Assembly (NCBI GenBank): GCA_022822265.1
Contig: JAJECA010000047.1
Span: forward strand, 1,866-65,865
Length of the DNA stretch: 64,000 bases
Direction of reading: 5' to 3'
Source: Acidimicrobiia bacterium
Lineage (GTDB): Bacteria; Actinomycetota; Acidimicrobiia; Acidimicrobiales; Bin134
The notes below the pieces were generated by a model. That model was given only the letters and a program-made list of their open reading frames with translations, had not been told where the DNA came from and searched no databases. Of the stretch, positions 26,016 to 37,405 are shown one piece after another (position 1 is the first letter of the stretch; the number at the start of each line of letters is the position of its first letter). The translations under genes were made by a program, and so were the position numbers.

Positions 26016-26128
26016 CCGTCGAATTCGATGCCCTCAGCCATGTAGTGACGTTTTAGAAGCTCGCATTTGAGGGGTTGGGTCCCGCCCCGTGCGGGGTGAT
26101 GAATCTCCGAGCCGCCAGAGCGATAGGC

Positions 26129-27163
26129 CTAGCGGTCGCCGAGGGGGATGCGGGCTCGGTCGATGAGGTGGTCGGTGGCTACTTGCAAGGCGGCGGTGGC
26201 CGTGGTGGGGGGCAGCGACTCCAGGCTGGCCGAGGCCTGCTTCACGTAGTCGTTGGCCACGTCTAGCGCTTCTTCCACGCCGCCGCTGGTGCGCACCAGT
26301 TGCAGGGCCGAGCGGACGGTGGAGTCTGACACCGTGGCGCCCAGCAGCTCGAGAAGCTGAGGGCCGCAGTCGCTCTTGAGGGCTCGGATCACCGGCAGGG
26401 TGTAGATGCCCTCGTGAAGGTCGTTGCCCGACGGCTTCCCCAGGTGCTCGTCGGTGGCCACGATGTCCAAAATGTCGTCCACCACCTGGAAGGCCAGGCC
26501 GTAGAACCGGCCGAATTCGGTGAGGGTGTCGATCGTCGGGCGGTCCAAACCGGCCACCAGGCCGCCTATGCGACACGAGGTGGCCAGCAATGAGGCGGTT
26601 TTGCCCTCGATGGAGTCGGTGTAGGAGGTTTCGGTGCGGTCGGGGTTGCCGGTGTCCTGCAACTCTCTCACTTGGCCCTCGCACAGCCGCCCGATGGTGG
26701 CGGCCAACAGCCCGGCCACCTCGGTGCCCAGCGACGCGGCCAGCTCCGATGCCCGGGCCAGCAAGAAGTCCCCGGCCAAAATGGCCCGCAGGTTGCCCCA
26801 TTTGGCGTTCACGCTGGCCACGTTGCGCCGCACCTGAGCCTCGTCCATCACGTCGTCGTGGTACAGCGACCCCAGATGAACCAGCTCCACCGCCACGCCG
26901 CCGGTGATCACGTCGTCTTCGGCCGGCGCCGGGTCGGCCTGGGAGATGGCCGCCGAGGCGATCACGAAGCCCGGCCGCACCCGCTTGCCCCCCGCCCGGA
27001 TCAAGTGGCTGGCCACCTCGGTGAGGAACGGGTCTTGGGTTTTCACCGAGTCCTCGAGCCGCAATTCCAGCCGGTCGAGGTCGCGCGCCATGGAGGGAAT
27101 CAGATCGAGGGGGCTGCGAGGCACGAGGGTCAGCGTAGTGGCACCTTCCCCGAATTCCCCCAC
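26129..27163 (-). CDS. Polyprenyl diphosphate synthase (trans-isoprenyl, GGPP/long-chain type)
   Basis: First DDxxD motif in [10 protein letters not shown] and second in FQVVDDILD. Confidence 0.9.
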   Translation of the reverse strand: MGEFGEGATTLTLVPRSPLDLIPSMARDLDRLELRLEDSVKTQDPFLTEVASHLIRAGGKRVRPGFVIASAAISQADPAPAEDDVITGGVAVELVHLGSLYHDDVMDEAQVRRNVASVNAKWGNLRAILAGDFLLARASELAASLGTEVAGLLAATIGRLCEGQVRELQDTGNPDRTETSYTDSIEGKTASLLATSCRIGGLVAGLDRPTIDTLTEFGRFYGLAFQVVDDILDIVATDEHLGKPSGNDLHEGIYTLPVIRALKSDCGPQLLELLGATVSDSTVRSALQLVRTSGGVEEALDVANDYVKQASASLESLPPTTATAALQVATDHLIDRARIPLGDR

Positions 27164-27281
27164 TCAACGCCGGCTGAGGCCTCATCGACGGCCCCAATCC
27201 CAGATTCGGTTGGGGCTTCGGGAACGAATTGGGGGGGTGGGGTGGTTACACTCAGAGTTGAACCCCTATCGGGAGATTGCC

Positions 27282-29795
<2,514 letters not shown>

Positions 29796-29800
29796 CAGCC

Positions 29801-31273
29801 ATGCCGGCGGGGGTTCGTAGGGGGGCCGCGAGGCCACGGGCTGGCCTGTCGGCAAAAGCCAGGAGGGGGGCGCTCCTCCTGGTGCTGATATTGGGGCTGA
29901 CCGCCTGCCAGGTGGATGTGGAGGTGGGAATCGGCTTCAACGAGGACGGCTCTGGGGTGGTGACCGTGGATGTGGCCCTCGATGAGCAGGCCATGGACCT
30001 TGCCCCTGACATCACGTCATCGCTGTTGACCGAGGACATCGAGGACCCGGCGTCGGGCTGGTCGTACAACGAGCCCCGTATCGACGACGAGGGCCGAACC
30101 AGCTTCTCGGCCTCCAAGCCCTTCAGCTCGCCTGAGCAGCTTGAGTCGGTGCTGGCCGAGATCTTCAACTCCGACGACGTGTTCCGCGACTTCACCTTCG
30201 AGCGCGAAACCTCCTTCGCCCAAACCGACTATCGGGTGACCGGGGTGGTCGACCTGTCCGGCGGCCTGGACCTGGTGACCGACCCCGAGCTCACCGCCCG
30301 CCTCGGCGGAGAGCCCTTCGGCGAGCGGACCGCCAATCTGGCCGGTGCGCTCGAAGCAGTGACCGTGCGCCTCGTATTGGACCTCCCGGTGGGCCCCGAG
30401 AAGGAGGAGGTGCTGCAACTGGGCCAGGAGGCGCAGCGCATCACCTTGACGGGACAGGACGAGAGCAGCGCGGCGGTGACCCTGCGATGGGTGGCCTGGG
30501 CCGCGTTCGCCCTGGTTGGCCTGTCAATCCTGATCGCGGTGGCCGGCTATCTGCTGGAGCGCCGGGCCCGCGTCCGCAGCATCGATCCCACCATTACCCA
30601 GGAGTCATTGGCGCGCACCACGGGCCCCGCCGCGGCGCAGCCCCCCCAGCGGCGGCTCCGGCTGGTGGTGCTGAACCCGCTGGGGGTGCTTTTCGAACCG
30701 GCCGATGATCCCGCCGAGCTTCTGGTTGCCTTTGCCGCCGAGCGCGGGTTGGAGCCCGACGGCGAGGAGGTTCAGCAGCTCCACAGCCAGGCGGTGCTGG
30801 GCCGCATCACCCCCGCCGAGCTGTGGTCGGGGATCGGCTTGGACGACGATCCCGCCGAGCTCACCGAGGAGTTTCTGGCCCAGTACACCGTGCGTTCGGG
30901 CGCCAGGGATTTCGTGGCCGAGATGGTCCGCCGGGAGCTGCCGGTGGCCTGTCTCACCAACGACGTGTCCTCGTGGTCGTCGGCCCTGCGGGAGCGCCTG
31001 GACATCGAAGGCGTGGACACTTGGATCGTGAGCAGCGACGTGGGGGTGTGCATGCCCGCGCCCGGAATCTACGAGGCGCTGCGCCGCACCACGTCGGTTC
31101 CCTACGAGCACGCGCTGCTGGTGGACGTGGCGGTGGAGCACCTCGACGCCGCCCAGGCACTGGGGATGTCTACCGCGCTGTTGGCCGACACCCGCCCCGG
31201 AGACGGCGACGCCCCGGGCCATGCGGTGGTGACCAGTTTCTCCGACTTCTTCCGCCGCCGGCCCCGTACCTGA
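29801..31273 (+). CDS. LppM-like lipoprotein domain, TM helix and HAD-like C-terminal domain (fusion)
   Basis: Lipobox LILGLTAC. Extracytoplasmic domain (VDVEVGIGFNEDGSGVVTVDV...), TM segment WVAWAAFALVGLSILIAVAGYLL, then a HAD-like region (LTNDVSSW, SSDVGVCMPAPGIYEAL). Confidence 0.65.
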   Translation: MPAGVRRGAARPRAGLSAKARRGALLLVLILGLTACQVDVEVGIGFNEDGSGVVTVDVALDEQAMDLAPDITSSLLTEDIEDPASGWSYNEPRIDDEGRTSFSASKPFSSPEQLESVLAEIFNSDDVFRDFTFERETSFAQTDYRVTGVVDLSGGLDLVTDPELTARLGGEPFGERTANLAGALEAVTVRLVLDLPVGPEKEEVLQLGQEAQRITLTGQDESSAAVTLRWVAWAAFALVGLSILIAVAGYLLERRARVRSIDPTITQESLARTTGPAAAQPPQRRLRLVVLNPLGVLFEPADDPAELLVAFAAERGLEPDGEEVQQLHSQAVLGRITPAELWSGIGLDDDPAELTEEFLAQYTVRSGARDFVAEMVRRELPVACLTNDVSSWSSALRERLDIEGVDTWIVSSDVGVCMPAPGIYEALRRTTSVPYEHALLVDVAVEHLDAAQALGMSTALLADTRPGDGDAPGHAVVTSFSDFFRRRPRT

Positions 31274-31301
31274 CGCGGCGCTCATTCAATTGGGGCAGAA
31301 G

Positions 31302-31322
31302 TTCGCCGGCCTGCGCGGCGAA
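31302..31322. terminator. Short hairpin between convergent genes
   Basis: TTCGCCG (31302-31308) pairs with CGGCGAA (31316-31322), with a 7-nt loop. Confidence 0.3.
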
Positions 31323-31327
31323 GTACG

Positions 31328-32368
31328 TCAGCTCAGCAGTTTTGCAGCCTGGGTGGCGAAATAGGTGAGGATCACATCGGCGCCTGCTCGGCGGATGCCG
31401 CACAGGGTCTCGGCCACGATGGCCTGCTCGTCGAGCCAACCCGAGGCCGCGGCCGCCTTGATCATCAGGTATTCCCCGCTCACCTGGTAGGCGGCCACCG
31501 GCACCACCGAGGCATCGGCGAAGCGCCGCACCACATCCAGGTACGGACCGGCGGGTTTGACCATCACCATGTCGGCCCCCTCGGCGATGTCCAACTCCAT
31601 CTCCCGCAGGGCCTCGCGGCTGTTGGCCGGGTCCATCTGGTAGGTCTTCTTGTCGCCGGAGCGGGGCGCCGAGTCGAGCGCCCCGCGGAACGGCCCGAAG
31701 AACGCCGAGGCGTACTTGGCGGTGTAGGCGCAGATGCCCACTTCGGTGTGGCCGTGGTGGTCGAGCGTCTCCCGGATGGCACCCACCCGGCCGTCCATCA
31801 TGTCGCTGGGGGCCACTATGTCGGCCCCGGCGTCGGCGTGGGTCAGGGACTGGCGGCACAGCACGTCCACGGTCTCGTCGTTGATTATGGTGCCGTCGGG
31901 GGCCACGATCCCGTCGTGGCCGTCGCTGTTGTAGGGGTCGAGGGCCACGTCGGTCATCACCACCGTGTCGGGGTGGGCGGCCTTGATGGCCCCGATGGTC
32001 TGGGGGATGAGCCCGTCGGGGTTCCAGGCCTCGTCGCCGGTGGGGGTCTTCAGCTCGTCGGGAGCGGCTTCGAACAGCACCACCGCCCGAACCCCCAGGT
32101 CGGCGGCCCGCCCCACCTCGCCCACCAGCCCGTCGACGCTCCAGCGGTTCACGCCGGGCATCGAGTCGATGGGCTCGTCGGGTCCCCGGTGGACGAACAG
32201 GGGCAGCACGAAATGCGCCGGGCTGAGTTCGGTCTCTCGCACCATGTCTCGAATGGCCGGGGTGCGACGGTTGCGCCGGGGCCGGGCAGTCAACTCCAAG
32301 TGAGGATGCGCCATGGCCTCAATGCTCCCATCTCTGTGTACGTTGCGCACTGTTGATCCGCTAGACAA
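31328..32368 (-). CDS. hemB: Porphobilinogen synthase (delta-aminolevulinate dehydratase)
   Basis: RPRRNRRTPAIRDMVRE, ALDPYNSDGHDG, MVKPAGPYLD. Confidence 0.95.
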   Translation of the reverse strand: MSSGSTVRNVHRDGSIEAMAHPHLELTARPRRNRRTPAIRDMVRETELSPAHFVLPLFVHRGPDEPIDSMPGVNRWSVDGLVGEVGRAADLGVRAVVLFEAAPDELKTPTGDEAWNPDGLIPQTIGAIKAAHPDTVVMTDVALDPYNSDGHDGIVAPDGTIINDETVDVLCRQSLTHADAGADIVAPSDMMDGRVGAIRETLDHHGHTEVGICAYTAKYASAFFGPFRGALDSAPRSGDKKTYQMDPANSREALREMELDIAEGADMVMVKPAGPYLDVVRRFADASVVPVAAYQVSGEYLMIKAAAASGWLDEQAIVAETLCGIRRAGADVILTYFATQAAKLLS

Positions 32369-32373
32369 GGGTC

Positions 32374-33024
32374 ATGCGCATTGAGTTGTCGACCGGGACG
32401 GCGGCTGAGTTGGCACGGGTTGAGGGGGCTGAGCGGGGGCTGGTGCTGATCCCCGATCTCATGGGTCTGCGTCCCCTGTTCGACGATCATGTTGCCCGGC
32501 TTGCCGCCGAGCAGAGTTGGACAGTGTGCGCTCCCCAAGTGTTCGTTGGTCGAGAGGAGCTGACCGCCGAGGAGCGGCTGGCCGCGGTCTGCGAATTGAA
32601 CGACGAGGAGGTGCTGGCCGACGTGTTGGCTGCGGCCGACGCCACTGAGTGCGAAACAGTGGTGCTCACCGGCTTTTGCATGGGTGGCATGTACACCATG
32701 AAGGCGGCGGCCACGGGGAGCTTCCGCCGAGCGGCGGCCTTCTACGGGATGATCCGCCTCCCCGAGCATTGGAGGGGTCCGGGCCAAGGCGAGCCGCTGG
32801 AGCTGTTGGCCGCAGGCGATCCGTGCCCTCTGTTGGCGATCATCGGCACCGAAGACCCGTTCACCCCGCCCGACGACGTGGCCGCATTGGAAGCCGCCGG
32901 TGCGGTGACCGTGGTGTATGAGAGCGCCGATCACGGCTTCGTCCACGATCCCGATCGACCAGCTCACCGCGCCGAAGACGCCGCCGATGCCTGGGCTCGG
33001 GTCATCGAGTTCCTGAGCCAATAG
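32374..33024 (+). CDS. Dienelactone hydrolase family protein
   Basis: GFCMGGMY nucleophile motif and C-terminal ADHGFVHD. Confidence 0.8.
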   Translation: MRIELSTGTAAELARVEGAERGLVLIPDLMGLRPLFDDHVARLAAEQSWTVCAPQVFVGREELTAEERLAAVCELNDEEVLADVLAAADATECETVVLTGFCMGGMYTMKAAATGSFRRAAAFYGMIRLPEHWRGPGQGEPLELLAAGDPCPLLAIIGTEDPFTPPDDVAALEAAGAVTVVYESADHGFVHDPDRPAHRAEDAADAWARVIEFLSQ

Positions 33025-33037
33025 GGACTCCGCGGCT

Positions 33038-33676
33038 ATGGCGACCGGAGCCTCGGTTTGGACGGTGATCGTGGCCGCCGGTTCGGGCACCCGTTTCGGC
33101 GGCGCCAAGCAGTACCTGGAATTGGCCGGCACCCGAGTGGTGGACCGCAGTGTGGCAGTAGCCGCACAGGCCAGTGACGGGGTGGTGGTGGTGGTTCCTG
33201 CTGGGGATGTAGAAGCCGAATCGGCCCGGTTGGCCGTCAGCGCAGTTGTGGCCGGTGGGGCGAGTCGGGCCGCCTCGGTGCGCAACGGGTTGGCCGCGGT
33301 GCCCAATGACGCGGCCATCATCTGCGTCCATGACGCCGCCCGACCGCTGGCCGGCGCCGACGTGTACGAGAGGGTGGCTCACGAGGTGAGATCGGGGGCC
33401 GCTGGTGCGGTGCCGGTGGTGCCGGTGACCGATACCATCCGCAGGGTGGACGGGGGAGCGGTGGACCGCAGCACGCTGCAAGCAGTGCAGACCCCGCAGG
33501 CGTTTCAAGCCGAACTTCTGCGGGCGGCCCATGCCGATGCCGCCGACGCCACCGACGATGCCAGCTTGGTGGAGGCGGCCGGTTATTCCGTGGTTACCGT
33601 TGAGGGCCATCCCCGCAACATCAAGATCACCCATCCCGACGACCTGGCCGCCGCTGAGGCATGGTTGGCGACATGA
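33038..33676 (+). CDS. ispD: 2-C-methyl-D-erythritol 4-phosphate cytidylyltransferase
   Basis: VIVAAGSGTRFGG..KQYL, VHDAARP, LQAVQTPQAF. Confidence 0.9.
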   Translation: MATGASVWTVIVAAGSGTRFGGAKQYLELAGTRVVDRSVAVAAQASDGVVVVVPAGDVEAESARLAVSAVVAGGASRAASVRNGLAAVPNDAAIICVHDAARPLAGADVYERVAHEVRSGAAGAVPVVPVTDTIRRVDGGAVDRSTLQAVQTPQAFQAELLRAAHADAADATDDASLVEAAGYSVVTVEGHPRNIKITHPDDLAAAEAWLAT

Positions 33677-34155
33677 GCGGGGAAATGCGAGTGGGCCACG
33701 GGTTCGACACCCACCGGTTCAGCGATGACGCCGACCGCCCCTTGATCTTGGGCGGAGTCGAGTTTGAGGGAGTGCCGGGCCTGGTGGGCCACAGCGACGG
33801 CGATGCCGTGGCCCATGCGGTGACCGACGCCCTGTTGAGTGCGGCCGGTTTGGGCGACATCGGCGTTCTGTTCCCCGACACCGACGACAAGTGGACCGGT
33901 GCCGACAGCCTTGGGCTGCTAGCCGACGCGGTGGCCCGGCTGGCCGATGCAGGCTGGCGAGTGGTGAACGCCGATTGCACGGTGGTGGCTGAGGCCCCCC
34001 GCATCGCCCCCCGGCGGGACGAGATGCAAGCCCGGCTGGGCGACGTGGTCGGCGCCCCGGTCATGGTGAAGGGCAAGCGGGCCGAGGCGATGGGGGCGCT
34101 GGGCCGGGGCGAGGGCTTGGCCTGCTGGGCGGTGGCCCTCATCGAGCGCCAGTGA
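33673..34155 (+). CDS. ispF: 2-C-methyl-D-erythritol 2,4-cyclodiphosphate synthase
   Basis: RVGHGFDTHRF, GHSDGDAVAHA. ATGA overlap with ispD; ATG 33661 is an alternative start. Confidence 0.93.
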   Translation: MSGEMRVGHGFDTHRFSDDADRPLILGGVEFEGVPGLVGHSDGDAVAHAVTDALLSAAGLGDIGVLFPDTDDKWTGADSLGLLADAVARLADAGWRVVNADCTVVAEAPRIAPRRDEMQARLGDVVGAPVMVKGKRAEAMGALGRGEGLACWAVALIERQ

Positions 34156-35042
34156 GCGCGCCAGGTCCGAGGGGCGGCAACCGAAGGGGGAGAGGCGGCG
34201 GCCCCAACAAGGGCGCTAACCGGAGCCCCAACAAGGGTCATAGCAAGGGCCGACCTCCTGGCGACCACCAGCGCAGCCGCCGCCAGCAGGCCGGTTTGGG
34301 CGGCGACCGAGTGGAGGGCCGCCAGTCGGTACGAGAGCTGCTCCTGGCTGGCACCCGCACGGTGCGCGAGGTGGTGGTGGCCGCGGGGCAGAACCAAACC
34401 GGAGCGCTGGCCCAAATCTTGGAGCTGGCTGCGGAGCTGCGGGTGCCCGTCAAGGAGGTGGCTCGCTCCAAATTCGATTCGATGGCCGTCACCGAAGCCC
34501 CTCAAGGGGTGATAGCCCGAGCCGCCCCCCTAGCCGAGCACGACCTGGAAGAGCTGGCCCGGCCCGCCGATGGCCGGCCCCCGTTCTTGCTGGTGCTCGA
34601 CGGGGTGACCGATCCGGGCAACGTGGGGGCCGCTCTCCGCACCGCCGAGTGCGCCGGGGTCACCGGCGCCGTCTTGGGGCGGCACCGGTCGGCCCACATC
34701 ACCCCAACCGCGGCCAAGGCCGCCGCCGGGGCAATCGAGCACGTGCCGATGGCCGTGGTCCCCGGCATCCCCAACGCCTTGGCCCGTCTGGCCGAGTTAG
34801 GGGTATGGACGGTGGGCCTCGATGTCGCCTCCTCTACCTCGGTCTACGAGCTGAGCGTGGCCTCCGAAGCCGTGGCCCTGGTAGTGGGCAGCGAAGGCCG
34901 CGGCCTGTCTCGCCTAGCCCGCCAACGCTGCGACGTGGTGGCCGCCATCCCCCTGTCCGGCCACCTCAGCTCCCTGAACGCCGCCGCCGCAGTAGCCATA
35001 GGCACCTTCGAGGTAGCCCGCCACCGCCAGGGCGGCGGCTAG
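34152..35042 (+). CDS. rlmB: 23S rRNA 2'-O-methyltransferase, TrmH/SpoU family (RlmB-like) with a basic N-terminal tail
   Basis: The Arg/Gly-rich N-terminus is followed by LVLDGVTDPGNVGAALRTAE, VVGSEGRGLSRL and SLNAAAAVAI. Confidence 0.85.
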   Translation: MSAPGPRGGNRRGRGGGPNKGANRSPNKGHSKGRPPGDHQRSRRQQAGLGGDRVEGRQSVRELLLAGTRTVREVVVAAGQNQTGALAQILELAAELRVPVKEVARSKFDSMAVTEAPQGVIARAAPLAEHDLEELARPADGRPPFLLVLDGVTDPGNVGAALRTAECAGVTGAVLGRHRSAHITPTAAKAAAGAIEHVPMAVVPGIPNALARLAELGVWTVGLDVASSTSVYELSVASEAVALVVGSEGRGLSRLARQRCDVVAAIPLSGHLSSLNAAAAVAIGTFEVARHRQGGG

Positions 35043-36178
35043 GTCTGGGGTGGGGCGAGGGTGTCGGCTATTAGGGATTGGGCTACGGCGTTGAGGGCTT
35101 CTTTGTCGGAGGCCCCATCGGTTAGCGCCTCGTTATAAACGGCTAGTTGGCGGTCGGCGGAGGTGCCTCGTTGGCAAATGGTGCGGGTGTGGTTGATCTC
35201 TTTTATGCAGTCGAGGGCTTCGGCGTCGGGGCGGACTAGTTCGATCATCTCCTCCACCAGGTTGGGCATCGGCACCATTTCGCCCTTGCCGAAGTCGATC
35301 AGGCGGTCGCCGATGCCGTACCGCTCGGCCCGCCACAGGTTCTCCGAGACCAGGAAGTTGGCGTAGCTGCGCCACCGGCGGTTCTCCACCTTGAGCCTCC
35401 ACAGCATCCGCAGCAAGCAGACGTACATGGCGGCTACGGCAACCGTGTCCTCCATCCTCGTGGGCAGGTCGGTAACCCGCATCTCCAGGGTGGGGTAGCG
35501 CTCCGACGGGCGGATGTCCCACCACACCTTGGTGGAGTCTTCGATGACCCCGGCCTGCACCAGCACGTCGACGTGGCGCCGGTACTCGGCCCACGAGTCG
35601 AATTTCTCCGGCAGCCCAGTGCGGGGCAGCGACCGAAACACCGCCATCCGGTAGCTCTTGAGGCCGGTGTTTCGTCCCTCCCAGAACGGCGACGAGGTGG
35701 ACAGGGCCAGCAGGTGGGGCAGGAAGTAGGTGACCTGGTTCATCAGGTCCACCCGCAGGTCGGGGTCCTCGATGCCGACGTGAACGTGCAGGCCGGAGAT
35801 GACTAGGCCGCGGGACACGCCCTGGAGATCGTCGGCCAGAGCCTGGTAGCGCTCTCCTTCGGTCACTTTCTGCTGGTGTGGGCTGGCGAACGGGTGGGAA
35901 GAGGCCGCTATCGGCGCCAGCCCGTAATCGGCGGCGGCCTCGGTGACCGCGAGGCGCAGAAGCCCGATGTCGGCCCGCAGATGCTTGAAATCGGTGCAGA
36001 TGCCGGTGCCGATCTCGAGCTGCGAGCTGAACAGCTCCCGGGCGACGAGACCGTGGTGCAGGTCGGCCACCTTCTCCAGGATCCCGGGCGGCTGCTCGGT
36101 AATCAGCGCTCCGCTCTCGCGCTCCACAAGGAGGTATTCCTCCTCAATCCCGATCGACCAGGCAGGTTCGTCCGCCAC
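35039..36178 (-). CDS. Carboxylate-amine ligase, GCS2/YbdK family
   Basis: WSIGIEEEYLLV, GLHVHVGI, WWDIRPSERYPTLEMRV. Confidence 0.85.
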   Translation of the reverse strand: MADEPAWSIGIEEEYLLVERESGALITEQPPGILEKVADLHHGLVARELFSSQLEIGTGICTDFKHLRADIGLLRLAVTEAAADYGLAPIAASSHPFASPHQQKVTEGERYQALADDLQGVSRGLVISGLHVHVGIEDPDLRVDLMNQVTYFLPHLLALSTSSPFWEGRNTGLKSYRMAVFRSLPRTGLPEKFDSWAEYRRHVDVLVQAGVIEDSTKVWWDIRPSERYPTLEMRVTDLPTRMEDTVAVAAMYVCLLRMLWRLKVENRRWRSYANFLVSENLWRAERYGIGDRLIDFGKGEMVPMPNLVEEMIELVRPDAEALDCIKEINHTRTICQRGTSADRQLAVYNEALTDGASDKEALNAVAQSLIADTLAPPQT

Positions 36179-36261
36179 GGGGGCTCCTCTCCGATTGCTA
36201 CTGCGAGGCTATGTCGCATTGAGGCGCCAAGGCGGCTTCAAGCCGGCAGGCAAGCAATTTG

Positions 36262-36334
<73 letters not shown>

Positions 36335-36446
36335 GTTGAGTTGTCGAGAGCTTGGGAAAGCTACTCGGGCCTGTAATGCAGAGCATAAGGGGCGCGGTTT
36401 GGGGAGGGTGCTTGAATAGCGCCTAGTGGTGGGTAACGCTTGTGGA

Positions 36447-36707
36447 ATGGCTCTCACGAAACGAGATCGAGCGATCTTGGATTTTGAGCGCACTTGGTGG
36501 CAGGAGACCGGGTCGAAGGAGGCGGCGATCCGCGAGCGTTTCGAGCTCTCCACAACCCGGTACTACCAGCTGCTGAACGAACTATTGGAACAGACGGACG
36601 CCATGGAGTACGACCCGATGGTCGTGCGGCGTCTGCGGCGACTGCGCGATCGCCGCAGACGGTCGAAGTTCGGCCATACCTCGGTTGGCCGGCAGCCGTC
36701 GCGCTGA
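36447..36707 (+). CDS. DUF3263 domain protein
   Basis: LTKRDRAILDFERTWWQETGSKEAAIRERFELSTTRYYQLLNELL. Confidence 0.8.
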   Translation: MALTKRDRAILDFERTWWQETGSKEAAIRERFELSTTRYYQLLNELLEQTDAMEYDPMVVRRLRRLRDRRRRSKFGHTSVGRQPSR

Positions 36708-36728
36708 CAGCCCGGAGCCAAAGGCAAT

Positions 36729-37376
36729 ATGGAGTCAAATCGAGCCCCCAACAACCAAATGGCGATCAAAGGAGTGGTGCTGGTTCTCGCCCTCATCGCC
36801 GCCGGGGCCTTCGTTCTGGCCCGCGGCCTCGATGACGACGAAGACTCGACAGCGGTAACCACCACCCAGCCGACGGCCGAGGCCACCATGGCGCCCGAGG
36901 AGATCCCCGACCCGGTGGACCCCCCGGCCGACGACGGCTCGGCGGCGGCCACGCCCGCACCGGCGCCGGAGGCCACCGAGGCGCCCGCCACCGCACCGGC
37001 CCCTGAGGTGACCCAGCCGCCCGCTCCCGCTCCCGATGAGGAGCTCGAGTGCCGCGATCCGTCCACCATCGGCGTATTGGTGGCCAACGGAACCGATGTG
37101 AGCGGCGCTGCCGGTCGGCTCTCGGGCGAGTTGAATGCGGCCAACTACGTGACCCTGCCCCCGCACAATGCCAGTCCCCAAACAGGCTCGGCCTTCTACT
37201 ACCGGGCCGGGTACGAAGTGGACGCCCAATGCATCGCCCGGCTGCTGGGCGAGTCGGAGAAGCCCCTGTGGCCGATGCCCGATCCTCCCCCCGGAGGCCT
37301 CACCCTCGAATCCCTGGGCAACGCATTCATCCTCATCCTGATCGGACCCGACAGCCTGGCCCAGCGCCCCGGCTGA
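36729..37376 (+). CDS. Membrane-anchored LytR_C (LytR C-terminal) domain protein
   Basis: N-terminal TM helix, a Pro/Ala-rich linker, then IGVLVANGTDVSGAAGRLSGELNAANY...YYRAGYEVDAQ. Confidence 0.75.
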   Translation: MESNRAPNNQMAIKGVVLVLALIAAGAFVLARGLDDDEDSTAVTTTQPTAEATMAPEEIPDPVDPPADDGSAAATPAPAPEATEAPATAPAPEVTQPPAPAPDEELECRDPSTIGVLVANGTDVSGAAGRLSGELNAANYVTLPPHNASPQTGSAFYYRAGYEVDAQCIARLLGESEKPLWPMPDPPPGGLTLESLGNAFILILIGPDSLAQRPG

Positions 37377-37405
37377 CAGTCGGACAGCCTGAAGGCTGCG
37401 GCTGC

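Noticed and set aside
26016-26128. A short GC stem (gcccc gtgc ggggt) between the small ORF and the polyprenyl synthase gene, considered as a terminator.
   Set aside because: The stem has only 5 bp including a G-U pair, a 4-nt loop and no U-tract. It is too weak to annotate.
27224-27252. A TACACT -10-like hexamer (27247-27252) upstream of clpC, and a search for a ClgR-type operator.
   Set aside because: No acceptable -35 lies at 16-18 nt spacing, and I could identify no palindromic ClgR-like site. The evidence is insufficient for a feature call.
36359-36370. A 12-nt copy (agctactcgggc) of the tRNA-Thr 5' end lying 25 nt outside the tRNA. I considered it as an att-site remnant of an integrated element.
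   Set aside because: Integrative elements normally duplicate the tRNA 3' end, not the 5' end. There is no integrase or compositional shift next to it, and a 12-nt match is weak.
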